Virus record (IMG/VR): IMGVR_UViG_3300036860_000057
Location: 1-64,000 of that record
Origin: a virus
Strand: one strand, 5' to 3'
DNA: 64,000 nucleotides
Shown here: piece after piece, positions 45,758-54,444 of the stretch
Layout of the letters: every line of letters starts with the position of its first letter
Numbering within the stretch: the stretch's first letter is position 1
Translations under genes and position numbers: made by a program
The notes under the pieces: model-generated
What the model was told of the DNA's origin: nothing
Database searches by the model: none
Seen by the model: only the letters and a program-made list of their open reading frames with translations

Positions 45758-47319
45758 GTGATGAGTTAGTTGATATGGTAGCAGAGAAGGCAGTGGAAGA
45801 TCAAGGCTTTCTGGAGAAAGTTTCTGAGAAAATAACCTCTGTTATCTTGAAGGCAGTTTGGTCAACGGCTTTTGTAAATGATCTTCCTGACAGTTCGTTC
45901 CTTCACATTCTCCCTGGTGGAAAGAAAGACTCAGAAGGAAAAACTACTCCCCGCGACCTTCGTATGTTCCCTTATAAGAATGCCAGTGGAGAGGTTGACC
46001 TTCCCCATCTTCGTAACGCCATTGCTAGAATTCCACAGAGTAACAGAATTGATGATGCTACCAAGAGTAGACTTCAAGCCAGAGCACGTAAACTTCTAGG
46101 TGGTCAGAAAGACTCCAGTGTAGGATTCTTCAAGGACACTAAAGGTGATTGGTGGTTTCTTGGTATCTACAGCAACAAGTTTGAAGATCGTGACGAAGAA
46201 ATCCTAAGTGAGAAGTCTCATCTTGAATATATTCAGTGGCTGAAGGATTCTGGATTCAAGCCAGTTATTACAGTTCTTCACCAGCCTAAGATGCCACAAG
46301 TTTTTTGGCCTGTGGTGTTTGATAAGTTTGAAGATAAACCAGACAAATTGAGTGCTATTGTAAAAGGAATTTATAAGGATTTTGGGTTTGCAGAAGCACA
46401 ACGAGTGATGTATGTCAATGGGTTTACTGTTGTAGCAGCTAAGGTTTTTGAAGATAAGAAACATATTGCAGAAACACTTTCTAAGGAATCTGACTTAGGA
46501 ATGTCTCACGGTTTTATCGTCAGAGATTTCTCTGATAATATTGTGAATAAATATCGTACCTTCGAAATGTCTGTATTAAAGAGGAAAAGAGCAGCGAATT
46601 TTATTACATTGTCGTTGTTCGCTGCAAAGGAAAAATTAGGTATGGCAGATTCTAAAGGATTCAGCGACGATGATCGTCAATTTCTAGCTGTTGCTTATGG
46701 AGAGGAAGTTGCAGATTCCATTGAGCAAGGAACTAAGAATATTGAAGAGATGCTTCGTGAGGCTGGTCTAAACTTCAAGGATTTTACAGAGGATGAACCA
46801 GTGAAGAGAGAAGAGAAGGAAATCGAGAAGGCTGTAAAGCCTGATATGATGGAAGAAGAGGATGAGGAAGACGAGGAAGATGCTTCCAAGAAGAAGGAAG
46901 TAGAAGAAGTAGCCGATGAGGTTACGGTTATCTCTCCTGAACTCGTTGCTGAAGTTGTCAAGGCTCTCAATCTCGAACAGCTTCAGGAAGTCCTTGGTGG
47001 ATTTGCTCAGGCTGTTAAGTCTCTTCAAGAAACAATTGAAGGTCAGGCTAAGGAAATTGAAGCTCTGAAGTCTGTTACTAAAGATATTCCTGAGATGAAG
47101 AAGTCAGAAGACGAGCGTATTTCTGCGCAGCTTACACCTTCTATCAACTGGTCACTTCTTGGTCTGGGCGTGTCCAAGTCTAAGGAAAATATTCTAGGTG
47201 AGGAAGAGAAAGAAGAATTACAGAAGAATGCCCCAGTAGGTGAAGAAGATGGACGTAAGGGCGATGCTATGTATGAGTTCTTTCTCAAAACTGCCACAAA
47301 TGGGAGTCAAGGAAAGTAA
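45754..47319 (+). CDS. Prohead protease-scaffold fusion with N-terminal DUF6582-like domain
   Basis: NDLPDSSF...FPY...HLRNAIAR; SN...DRD.E, H, GMSHGF, E.SV....AAN (HK97-type protease); acidic coiled-coil C-terminus; precedes the capsid gene. Confidence 0.8.
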   Translation: MSDELVDMVAEKAVEDQGFLEKVSEKITSVILKAVWSTAFVNDLPDSSFLHILPGGKKDSEGKTTPRDLRMFPYKNASGEVDLPHLRNAIARIPQSNRIDDATKSRLQARARKLLGGQKDSSVGFFKDTKGDWWFLGIYSNKFEDRDEEILSEKSHLEYIQWLKDSGFKPVITVLHQPKMPQVFWPVVFDKFEDKPDKLSAIVKGIYKDFGFAEAQRVMYVNGFTVVAAKVFEDKKHIAETLSKESDLGMSHGFIVRDFSDNIVNKYRTFEMSVLKRKRAANFITLSLFAAKEKLGMADSKGFSDDDRQFLAVAYGEEVADSIEQGTKNIEEMLREAGLNFKDFTEDEPVKREEKEIEKAVKPDMMEEEDEEDEEDASKKKEVEEVADEVTVISPELVAEVVKALNLEQLQEVLGGFAQAVKSLQETIEGQAKEIEALKSVTKDIPEMKKSEDERISAQLTPSINWSLLGLGVSKSKENILGEEEKEELQKNAPVGEEDGRKGDAMYEFFLKTATNGSQGK

Positions 47320-48783
47320 ATGGGAATCCAAATTGATGTTAATGATTTAGTGCAAGCACTGAAGGTTGTGCAGTCACAGAAGGGAGGAACAGGTTACAAA
47401 CACGACCTTCCGACTCCCATCTCACCTACTACCAATCTTCTGCATGGTCCTAATGGTTTGTTTGGACAGGCTGGGATTGATCGTCAGGTCTTTTCCACTC
47501 GTGTCCAGCCCACAGGACTTTCGGCTGTAATTCCTGCCAGAGCATCCAATGATACTAATCCTATTGTTGGGTATATCACAGGTTTTACGGATGATGAGGA
47601 TGCTGCTGAGAAGTCTGCTGTCTGTGATGATCCCTTGCAGGCAGGTGTTTACAAGACATGCTTCCAAGGCAGTGCATTTGGACGTATTGAACGCAAGACT
47701 CAGACGCTTGAATTGAATGCTCTCGGAGCACGTACCAATCGTGGTGAATACAACGATCTCTTCCTAGTCAATGATCCATTTGGCGAGGGTGATTTTGGTA
47801 CACCCACAGTTGCTCGTGACTTCCAGAGTGTTCTCCAGAGTGAAGTTAATGCTCGTCTGGCCCTGCTGGGTGTGGCCTTCCAGAACAAAATTGGCACAAT
47901 GAACTGGACTGGCAACCCATCTAACAACACTTCTGGTGGTTATGCTGAATATCTTGGACTTGAGAGTTTGGTGACTGCTACTCATGTTGATGTCTTGAAC
48001 AACAACGTTAGCTGCCCTTCACTCGCATCTGATGTCAAGAACTTCAACTATCACTCTGTTGAAGGCAACAGCGCCGAACTGTTTTCAGTTCTGACAATGC
48101 TCTATCGTTTTGTTCGTCACAATGCTCGTACAATGGGCTTTGAGCCTGTTACTTGGGCCTTTGTGATGCGATCAGATGCCTTTCAGCAGATTACTGATGT
48201 GTGGCCCTGCGTTTACGCAACATATCGTTGTGCTGGATCAGCAGGCACACCAAACAACACTGATGCTCTTGTCATGCGCCAGATGTCAATTGACATGCAG
48301 AATGGTCAGTATCTCATGATTGATAATGTCAGAATTCCTGTAATTCTGGATGACTATCTGACTGAGTATACTAATACTACAAATGCCAATGTTCCTTCTG
48401 GTTCATTTGCATCGGATATTTATCTCCTGCCACTGACAGTGAAGGGCAACCTTCAGGTTCTCTTCTACGAATACTTTAACTTTGATGGTCCGAATGGTGC
48501 TATGCAGGCTGTTCGTGATGGCAGATTGGGGAATGAAGTCTATTCGAGCGATGGTGGGAAGTTCCTGTGGACACATGAGCGTACACTTTGGTGTGTTGAC
48601 TGGGCTGCAAAGATTGAGCCTCGCTTGAGACTGCTCACGCCTCATTTGGCTGGTCGTCTCCAGAACGTGATCTATGCTCCGTTGCAGCACGTCCGTGAGG
48701 CTGTTCCTGGTGCTCCATATTACGTCAACGGAGGCAACCAAACTGGATCATTCAGCCCATATGCTGTAGCTGATTTGACCTAA
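47320..48783 (+). CDS. Major capsid protein
   Basis: 487 aa directly after the protease/scaffold; W.GNP...EY.GL..LV; strong terminator follows. Confidence 0.8.
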   Translation: MGIQIDVNDLVQALKVVQSQKGGTGYKHDLPTPISPTTNLLHGPNGLFGQAGIDRQVFSTRVQPTGLSAVIPARASNDTNPIVGYITGFTDDEDAAEKSAVCDDPLQAGVYKTCFQGSAFGRIERKTQTLELNALGARTNRGEYNDLFLVNDPFGEGDFGTPTVARDFQSVLQSEVNARLALLGVAFQNKIGTMNWTGNPSNNTSGGYAEYLGLESLVTATHVDVLNNNVSCPSLASDVKNFNYHSVEGNSAELFSVLTMLYRFVRHNARTMGFEPVTWAFVMRSDAFQQITDVWPCVYATYRCAGSAGTPNNTDALVMRQMSIDMQNGQYLMIDNVRIPVILDDYLTEYTNTTNANVPSGSFASDIYLLPLTVKGNLQVLFYEYFNFDGPNGAMQAVRDGRLGNEVYSSDGGKFLWTHERTLWCVDWAAKIEPRLRLLTPHLAGRLQNVIYAPLQHVREAVPGAPYYVNGGNQTGSFSPYAVADLT

Positions 48784-48805
48784 TCCTCAGACTTAACTAG
48801 ACAAT

Positions 48806-48837
48806 AAGGACAGTGAGATTGACTTCACTGTCCTTTT
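48806..48837 (+). terminator. Intrinsic terminator after the capsid gene
   Basis: aaggacagtgag-attgac-ttcactgtcctttt; overlaps a TTGACT-17 bp-TATAAT promoter. Confidence 0.75.
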
Positions 48838-48869
48838 GATTTATAATAAAGATAAGAAAGGAAGATTAC

Positions 48870-49115
48870 ATGACCCACTCTACTCTTACATGGTTCAGTG
48901 GTGTAATTAAGCCAAGCCAATCAGAAGATCAGATTCTAATTGCAATGCCAACTCTAAATGGTGACAAGATAGAAGTAATACCAGATTTATTTAGGTACAA
49001 CAAGAAACAAGATGTATTTACTTCTCGCGCCATTCCAGGACATGTAGATAGGAAAGATGTTAGATATTGGGCCTATGTGCCACTCTATTTGGAAGATCAC
49101 GAAGGAAAAGGTTGA
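48870..49115 (+). CDS. Hypothetical protein (DUF551-like W...KP...V.YWA)
   Basis: Motif pattern; AAGGA RBS. Confidence 0.6.
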   Translation: MTHSTLTWFSGVIKPSQSEDQILIAMPTLNGDKIEVIPDLFRYNKKQDVFTSRAIPGHVDRKDVRYWAYVPLYLEDHEGKG

Positions 49116-49245
49116 CAAGTGTTGAAAATTGTGCTATCATGAAATTAGATGTACCTCTATGTGTGTAGTGTGTTCGACTCCTTTTATTGTGTAAGTGTAG
49201 ATGTGGTTCGGGGATAACCACATAAAACACCTCCGTTCTTTAACA
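49112..49245 (+). promoter_or_regulatory. Promoter plus boxB/boxA-like antitermination leader of the tRNA operon
   Basis: TTGACA-17 bp-TATCAT with extended TG; hairpin ATGTGGTT/AACCACAT; GTTCTTTAACA at 49235-49245. Confidence 0.65.
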
Positions 49246-49252
49246 ATTTAAT

Positions 49253-49324
49253 GCGTGTGTGGTGTTAATGGTAGCATCACACTCTTCCAAAGTGAAGGTT
49301 AGGGTTCGAGTCCCTACACACGCA
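49253..49324 (+). tRNA. trnG: tRNA-Gly(UCC)
   Basis: GCGTGTG/CACACGC acceptor; loop CTTCCAA; TAGGG-TTCGAGT-CCCTA. Confidence 0.93.
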
Positions 49325-49491
49325 CAAGCTGGGGTGTTCCCAGCATAGCAAGGAGACACTTATGTACTTCGTGCCGCTTCTCTCGTCTACAGGTCAAATC
49401 CTCCCCGATTGGCTTAGGCAAAAGAAGCTATCGTCACCGTAGTAAAGTGTAACTTCCGGCTATAAGGGAGGGTGAAAGTCCCTCCCACCAT

Positions 49492-49562
49492 ACATCTGTG
49501 ATCTAATGGTAAGAGCACAATCTCCAAAATTGTGAATCCTCGTCCGAATCGAGGCAGATGTG
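49492..49562 (+). tRNA. trnW: tRNA-Trp(CCA)
   Basis: ACATCTG/CAGATGT acceptor, G73; ACAAT-CTCCAAA-ATTGT; T-loop variant TCCGAAT. Confidence 0.88.
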
Positions 49563-49596
49563 CTGACCAGTTATCATCATTCCAAAGGAGGAATAA

Positions 49597-49752
49597 ATGT
49601 TCAACTGGGGCCGTATAAGAACGGTGCTATTGGGGTTGCTTCTTATTGCAGCAGGACTAATTCTGGCGTTCAATCTGAACTTCACCAACATGAATTATGT
49701 CCTTGCTGTACTGGCAATCTTCGATGGCGTTCTATGGATTATATTTCCATAG
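49597..49752 (+). CDS. 51-aa 2-TM membrane peptide
   Basis: Not in the track. AAGGAGG RBS; MFNWGRIRTVLLGLLLIAAGLILAFNLNFTNMNYVLAVLAIFDGVLWIIFP. Confidence 0.75.
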   Translation: MFNWGRIRTVLLGLLLIAAGLILAFNLNFTNMNYVLAVLAIFDGVLWIIFP

Positions 49753-49758
49753 AAAAAT

Positions 49759-49804
49759 GGAAGGTCTGATACTGGAGTAAGATGTTCGAACCATCAGCCT
49801 TCCA
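49759..49804 (+). ncRNA. 46-nt mini tRNA-like RNA (acceptor plus T arm only)
   Basis: GGAAGGT CTGATACTGGAGTAA GATG TTCGAAC CATC A GCCTTCC A. Confidence 0.6.
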
Positions 49805-49869
49805 GTTGCCCATGAGGGCATTTTCCTGCGGATTGAGGGGAGTGAACTGAAGGCACTCCCCTCTTTATT

Positions 49870-49941
49870 GCCAACATAGCACAATGGTAGTGCAAATCTT
49901 TTGTAAAGATTAGGCTGAGAGTTCGAATCCCTCTGTTGGCT
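49870..49941 (+). tRNA. trnT: tRNA-Thr(UGU)
   Basis: GCCAACA/TGTTGGC acceptor; AATCT-TTTGTAA-AGATT; GAGAG-TTCGAAT-CCCTC. Confidence 0.93.
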
Positions 49942-50009
49942 CTTAGGGCAGTAAGTGTGGGGCAAGGCTTAGGCATAACCTTGAATATCTGTACTGCCCT
50001 ATATAAATT

Positions 50010-50120
50010 ATGAGAGACATATTATTTATTGTTGTATATGTAGCTGGTGAGTTAGTTGCAGTCCTGACAGATTGTGTAATTCTTGTTGGTGCAGTTCTGT
50101 ACGTCATATTGAAATGGTAA
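50010..50120 (+). CDS. 36-aa hydrophobic peptide
   Basis: MRDILFIVVYVAGELVAVLTDCVILVGAVLYVILKW; weak RBS. Confidence 0.4.
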   Translation: MRDILFIVVYVAGELVAVLTDCVILVGAVLYVILKW

Positions 50121-50128
50121 TTATAGAT

Positions 50129-50184
50129 GGGCCAATTATTCCGGTGAATGCTAGCTATGGCGGATTCGACTCCCGCTTGGTCCG
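50129..50184 (+). ncRNA. 56-nt anticodon-less tRNA-like RNA with G3-U70
   Basis: GGGCCAA TT ATTC CGGT GAAT GCTAGCTATG GCGGA TTCGACT CCCGC TTGGTCC G. Confidence 0.7.
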
Positions 50185-50233
50185 CCGTAACCTGTACGGC
50201 GCAGAGGAGACGACACTCAATCAGTGCCAATGT

Positions 50234-50369
50234 TGAAGGTAAGATAGTTAAGCCCAGTAAATGTCTGGTATCCCAGAGGCCATGCTACTGAGAATATAAC
50301 TGGCTGTGAAACTGATTAGCCGCCTTATTCAAGAGGAACACAAGAAATAGATCGACGTACTTTCCTTCA
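50234..50369 (+). ncRNA. Unassigned ~135-nt structured RNA
   Basis: TGAAGG/CCTTCA closing; CAGTA..TCTGG/CCAGA..TACTG; GAATA..GGCT/AGCC..TATTC. Confidence 0.4.
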
Positions 50370-50400
50370 CTATTTAATCTTAGGATCAATAGCTGCTATC

Positions 50401-51003
50401 ATGCCAATTCATTTACAGACAGCACCTACCCCATCGTGGATAGTTGGCGTAGGCAATTCTATTACACGAGGATATAAAGCAACCAATTTGCGAGGATATG
50501 TGTATATGCTTGCAAAACGGCTAGAACTTCCCTCTGTTAACACCTCGAAAGGTGGAGCACTCAATCAGAATCTATATGGACAATCTGTACGAGCTAAATC
50601 AGTCTTAGACTCTAGTACATTAACTGGTGCAGGACTAGTTGTGTGTACTACTGGAATTAGAGAACTGCACTATACTATTCCTGATCAGATGGACACCACA
50701 CTTGATTATATTCTTGCTAATACTCAGGCAATTGCAAATTGGTGGGCAGACATGCGACCAGGAACAGTGATGGTGGTGTTGCCTCCTGTTGAGAATGGAT
50801 CGGGGCAGCAGGGAATGAGTCGTGTGGTTACAGAAGCATTTCTTAGTAAATTGATTTATCCTGCTGTAGCACTTGACTGGTATCAACAAGATAAGTTGCA
50901 TGATATAGGAACTCCCAATTCTTGGTGGTACAACTGGGATCACCCTAACACGACAGGTCATGTAGGTATGGCAGATGCAGTGATAAGTTATTTACAGCAA
51001 TAA
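50401..51003 (+). CDS. SGNH/GDSL hydrolase-like esterase
   Basis: VGNSITRG (block I) and DHPNTTGH..MAD (block V); block III degenerate. Confidence 0.75.
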   Translation: MPIHLQTAPTPSWIVGVGNSITRGYKATNLRGYVYMLAKRLELPSVNTSKGGALNQNLYGQSVRAKSVLDSSTLTGAGLVVCTTGIRELHYTIPDQMDTTLDYILANTQAIANWWADMRPGTVMVVLPPVENGSGQQGMSRVVTEAFLSKLIYPAVALDWYQQDKLHDIGTPNSWWYNWDHPNTTGHVGMADAVISYLQQ

Positions 51004-51155
51004 TAGTATTTTATATTCAGACCAAAATAATCTAGAATCATATTACACAGCCAGATTGGTGCTAATTTTCTCCCGGCACTGATCTGGTTGTTTATGTTTT
51101 AGGAACCTTCCTTATTAAACTATAATTGTCATAGTGGAAATAAGGAGATATTAAA

Positions 51156-51776
51156 ATGACAGTTGGAGAAATGGCAATAAGTGGAGAGGTATCAGCACGG
51201 CTAATTAAAGGTCATGTGCAAGCCCCTCTATCGTGGAAAATTCGTAATTCGCTTCGTCCTTCATTTATTTCAGGTTTACTTGGTTATAAAGCAGCCCAGA
51301 CACTCTCTAATCTGACAGGAATCCCTACTCTTGTAGCTGATCTCAGAGCAGTCAAGATTGATGGTAGGACTGGTCAGAGAATTGATTATGGCGTAGTTAG
51401 TAGAAAACTAGTAACTACAGCTTTTGTCAACTTCCTGGTGGATATGCTTCAGGTAGACACTACTGAGATTGGAGACTTCAAGTTTCATGACAGTGGTGTA
51501 GGAACAACTGCTGAGAATGCTGGTGATACAGGAATTGAGACAACTGATGGTGAGTCTCGTGCTACTGGTTCCCAGACAGAGGGTGCATCAGCTAATATTT
51601 ACAAGTCAGTTGGAACGATTGCTTATACGACTACTAAAGCAATCACTGAGCATGGTGTGTTTAGTCAATCCACTGGTGGAACGTTGATGGATCGTTCTGT
51701 GTTTACTGCTATCAATGTGGTCAACGGCGATCAAATTGAATTCACATATTCGCTGACTGCAAGTAGCGGTGGCTAA
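51156..51776 (+). CDS. Virion structural protein (tail/baseplate-like)
   Basis: LVTT...G.GTTAE...DT...ITEHGVF...GTLMDRSVF..INV..GD.I.FTY.L pattern typical of phage structural proteins. Confidence 0.65.
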   Translation: MTVGEMAISGEVSARLIKGHVQAPLSWKIRNSLRPSFISGLLGYKAAQTLSNLTGIPTLVADLRAVKIDGRTGQRIDYGVVSRKLVTTAFVNFLVDMLQVDTTEIGDFKFHDSGVGTTAENAGDTGIETTDGESRATGSQTEGASANIYKSVGTIAYTTTKAITEHGVFSQSTGGTLMDRSVFTAINVVNGDQIEFTYSLTASSGG

Positions 51777-52339
51777 GAGCCTCTCTTATTAAGTTGTTGC
51801 ATTAAATCATAAGATGCTCTTTGTTTTTCAATATCTAAATTATATTCAGGAATAGGTAATAGTTCTTGATGTGTAATGGCAATTAGAGCCTGCCTCTTCT
51901 TTCGTATGAGATAAGGCTCTATTTGTTTTAACAGTGTAAGGGCAGCATCAGAGTTTATTTGTATTTGGTATCTGGTTGTGTGTTTTCTATTTGATGGCTC
52001 CCACACAACTATAGAACCAACACCAATTTGATCAAGAATCCATTGCATTACAAAAATATTATTATTTGTAAATGCAACACGAATAGATATTTTGTTTCTG
52101 CTTTTATACATAAATATTGATCCATCAGCATCAATAAAGCCCGCAATGTAGGCCGATATAGTTGGAACTAATACGTTGCACTGTGATCCAGATCGGTATC
52201 GGGCTTCTCCAGAACATTTCCTTGAGCAAAACACTTGCTCATAGTCTGGATAGAATCTACTTGTTTGTCCAGGAGGACATACATCAAACTCTTCTTTACA
52301 AGAAGGGCAGATTTTCTTAATTGGAATTGTCTTTGCCAT
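51773..52339 (-). CDS. LAGLIDADG homing endonuclease with N-terminal Zn finger
   Basis: AYIAGFIDADGSI, L..I.PYLIRK..QA; CPSC...FCSRKC. Confidence 0.9.
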   Translation of the reverse strand: MAKTIPIKKICPSCKEEFDVCPPGQTSRFYPDYEQVFCSRKCSGEARYRSGSQCNVLVPTISAYIAGFIDADGSIFMYKSRNKISIRVAFTNNNIFVMQWILDQIGVGSIVVWEPSNRKHTTRYQIQINSDAALTLLKQIEPYLIRKKRQALIAITHQELLPIPEYNLDIEKQRASYDLMQQLNKRGS

Positions 52340-52402
52340 GATTAATCTCCTTAATTATATTAATATTGTATTTACTTACAATACAACATTTGGAGAATAT
52401 CT

Positions 52403-54436
52403 GTGGCAATAACCTTCGTTAATGCTGGTGCTGAGGCTGCTGCTGGAAGTGGCAACATCACACTCAATGCGCCCGCCAGTCCTCAAACTAATGACATCTG
52501 GATAGCTGTGATTCACACGTCTGATCAGAATGCTATGACGATGGATGCTGCTTGGACACAGATATATCAAGGCAATGGTGGAAGCACTACTAGTAGATTA
52601 GCTGTATTTTGGTTCAGATATGCAGGAAGTAACCCAACACTTACTGTCACACACACAAGTGGACAAACTATTATTGGTGGAATAGCCTCCTTCAGAGGAT
52701 GTGTGACATCAGGAAGCCCGGTGGACACAACTGGTGCTGGTGGTTCTGGCACTGATGCTTCTATTGAACACACTACCATTACTCCTACTCATGATAACTG
52801 TATGCTGGTTGCCTGTAATGGTGCGGCTGATGATAATAATCGTTCTACTCTTCCTACTGGTTTTACAGCAGGGTTTGAAGATTCTTCTGGTGGTACACAA
52901 AATTGCTATCAAGATGCCACTGGTAATCCTGATGGAAGTGTAGCATGTCACTGGAAAGTTCACACTACAGGATCAGCAGGAACAGTTACAGATACAATGG
53001 CTGCTTCTGATCCTTGGGCCAGTGTTCTGACATCATTAAAGCCGTTTCTTGCTCAGTCAGTAGCAGGAACTCTTACTTCTTCTGGAGCAATAGCCAAGAA
53101 AGATAAGAAGACACTATCAGGAACACTAACATCTGCTGGTGCTATAGCTAAAAAAACACTCAATAATATACTTGCTGGAACACTTACCAGTTCAGGGATT
53201 ATAACTAAGAAGGACAAGAAGGTATTGGCTGGAACTCTTACCTCTTCTGGAACAGCCTTTGAGAAAATAAAGAAGGTATTGGCTGGAACTTTAACTAGCT
53301 CAGGTTCTTTAGTAAGAAAGACTAAGAAGGTTCTTAGTGGTGTATTGTCTTCTGCTGGATCACTTGCTACTCAATTTATTCCTGGTGGTAATTTATATAC
53401 AAAATCTATAGAGGGAACTCTAACCTCTGCTGGAACACTTGTCAAGAAAACCAGCAAGCAATTGTCAGGCACTTTAACATCTGCTGGAACCTTATCTAAG
53501 AAGGCTCTTAAGTCATTAGCTGGTACATTATCTTCTTCTGGAACTTTGTTTGAGAAGATCAAGAAAACTCTTGCAGGCACTCTAACTTCATCTGGTTCAG
53601 TGTCAAAGAAAACACTCAAGTCATTTAGTGGCACACTTAATGAGTCAGGTGTTGTGTTTAAGAAATCTATCAAGTTCTTTGCAGGCACTCTAACCAGTTC
53701 TGGAACAGTATTTGAGAAGATCAAGAAGTCTTTGGGTGGAACCCTAACATCAACAGGTACTCTATCACGCAAGACTCTCAAAGTTTTAAGCGGTATCTTA
53801 GCTACTGCTGGCGATCTCTCTACTCAGTTTATCTCTGGTTCTGGTGGATTCTTTACCAAATCAGTGAGTGGTGTCCTTACTACTTCTGGGACAATTTCTA
53901 AGAAGACATCTCACAAGTTATCTGGAACATTCACATCTTCTGGTGTTGTAATAAAGAAGAGCTATAAATCATTCTCTGGAGTGCTGACATCTTCTGGAAG
54001 TTTAATTCGTAAGACTAAGAAATCTCTGTCAGGAGTTATAACTAGCTCTGGTGCTCTGACTGTTAGAAGAATATTTTCTAAGACACTATCTGGTACATTA
54101 TCCTTTACTGGTAGTATTTCAAAGATTACTCATAAAAGATTATCTGGTGTATTATCTAGTACAGGAAATGTAACAAAACTTACTCGATACTTCCTGTCAA
54201 GGGCCATTAGTTTTTCTGGGTCATTAATAGGATTTATTCCACCGGATATAGGGTTTGGTGTAGTAACTGTCCTTCAAAAGAGGACAACGAGCGTATCTGT
54301 ATCACTGGATGAGTTCTATGAGATAGATGTGGAAGAAATCAGTGATCAGGTAGTGGCGGAAGATAATGAAATCTATGGAATATCTGTAGAACTGATTAAT
54401 GTCTTTGAAGTTGAAATTGAAGAATACTCTATATAG
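52403..54436 (+). CDS. Virion fibre-like protein with ~20 tandem 18-aa Lys/Ser/Thr repeats
   Basis: Beta-rich N-terminal domain, then repeated (L/F)(A/S)G(T/V)L(T/S)SSG..KK..K; acidic C-terminus. Confidence 0.75.
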   Translation: MAITFVNAGAEAAAGSGNITLNAPASPQTNDIWIAVIHTSDQNAMTMDAAWTQIYQGNGGSTTSRLAVFWFRYAGSNPTLTVTHTSGQTIIGGIASFRGCVTSGSPVDTTGAGGSGTDASIEHTTITPTHDNCMLVACNGAADDNNRSTLPTGFTAGFEDSSGGTQNCYQDATGNPDGSVACHWKVHTTGSAGTVTDTMAASDPWASVLTSLKPFLAQSVAGTLTSSGAIAKKDKKTLSGTLTSAGAIAKKTLNNILAGTLTSSGIITKKDKKVLAGTLTSSGTAFEKIKKVLAGTLTSSGSLVRKTKKVLSGVLSSAGSLATQFIPGGNLYTKSIEGTLTSAGTLVKKTSKQLSGTLTSAGTLSKKALKSLAGTLSSSGTLFEKIKKTLAGTLTSSGSVSKKTLKSFSGTLNESGVVFKKSIKFFAGTLTSSGTVFEKIKKSLGGTLTSTGTLSRKTLKVLSGILATAGDLSTQFISGSGGFFTKSVSGVLTTSGTISKKTSHKLSGTFTSSGVVIKKSYKSFSGVLTSSGSLIRKTKKSLSGVITSSGALTVRRIFSKTLSGTLSFTGSISKITHKRLSGVLSSTGNVTKLTRYFLSRAISFSGSLIGFIPPDIGFGVVTVLQKRTTSVSVSLDEFYEIDVEEISDQVVAEDNEIYGISVELINVFEVEIEEYSI

Positions 54437-54444
54437 GAAATAGA

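Noticed and set aside
49362-49442. Peptide start MYFVPLLSSTGQIL resembles an IscB PLMP N-terminus
   Set aside because: No PLMP or RRXRR motif and no nuclease remnant follows; similarity too weak
49325-50001. Theta/HDV-like ribozymes at tRNA 3' trailers
   Set aside because: No nested double pseudoknot could be built; only simple hairpins
49503-50230. Track ORFs overlapping the tRNA operon (and 12098-12298 over the ncRNA)
   Set aside because: They overlap tRNAs or structured RNAs, mostly antisense, without an RBS
53040-54230. DNA repeats suggesting a DGR template/variable pair or a satellite
   Set aside because: Explained by the 18-aa protein repeat; no reverse transcriptase in the window
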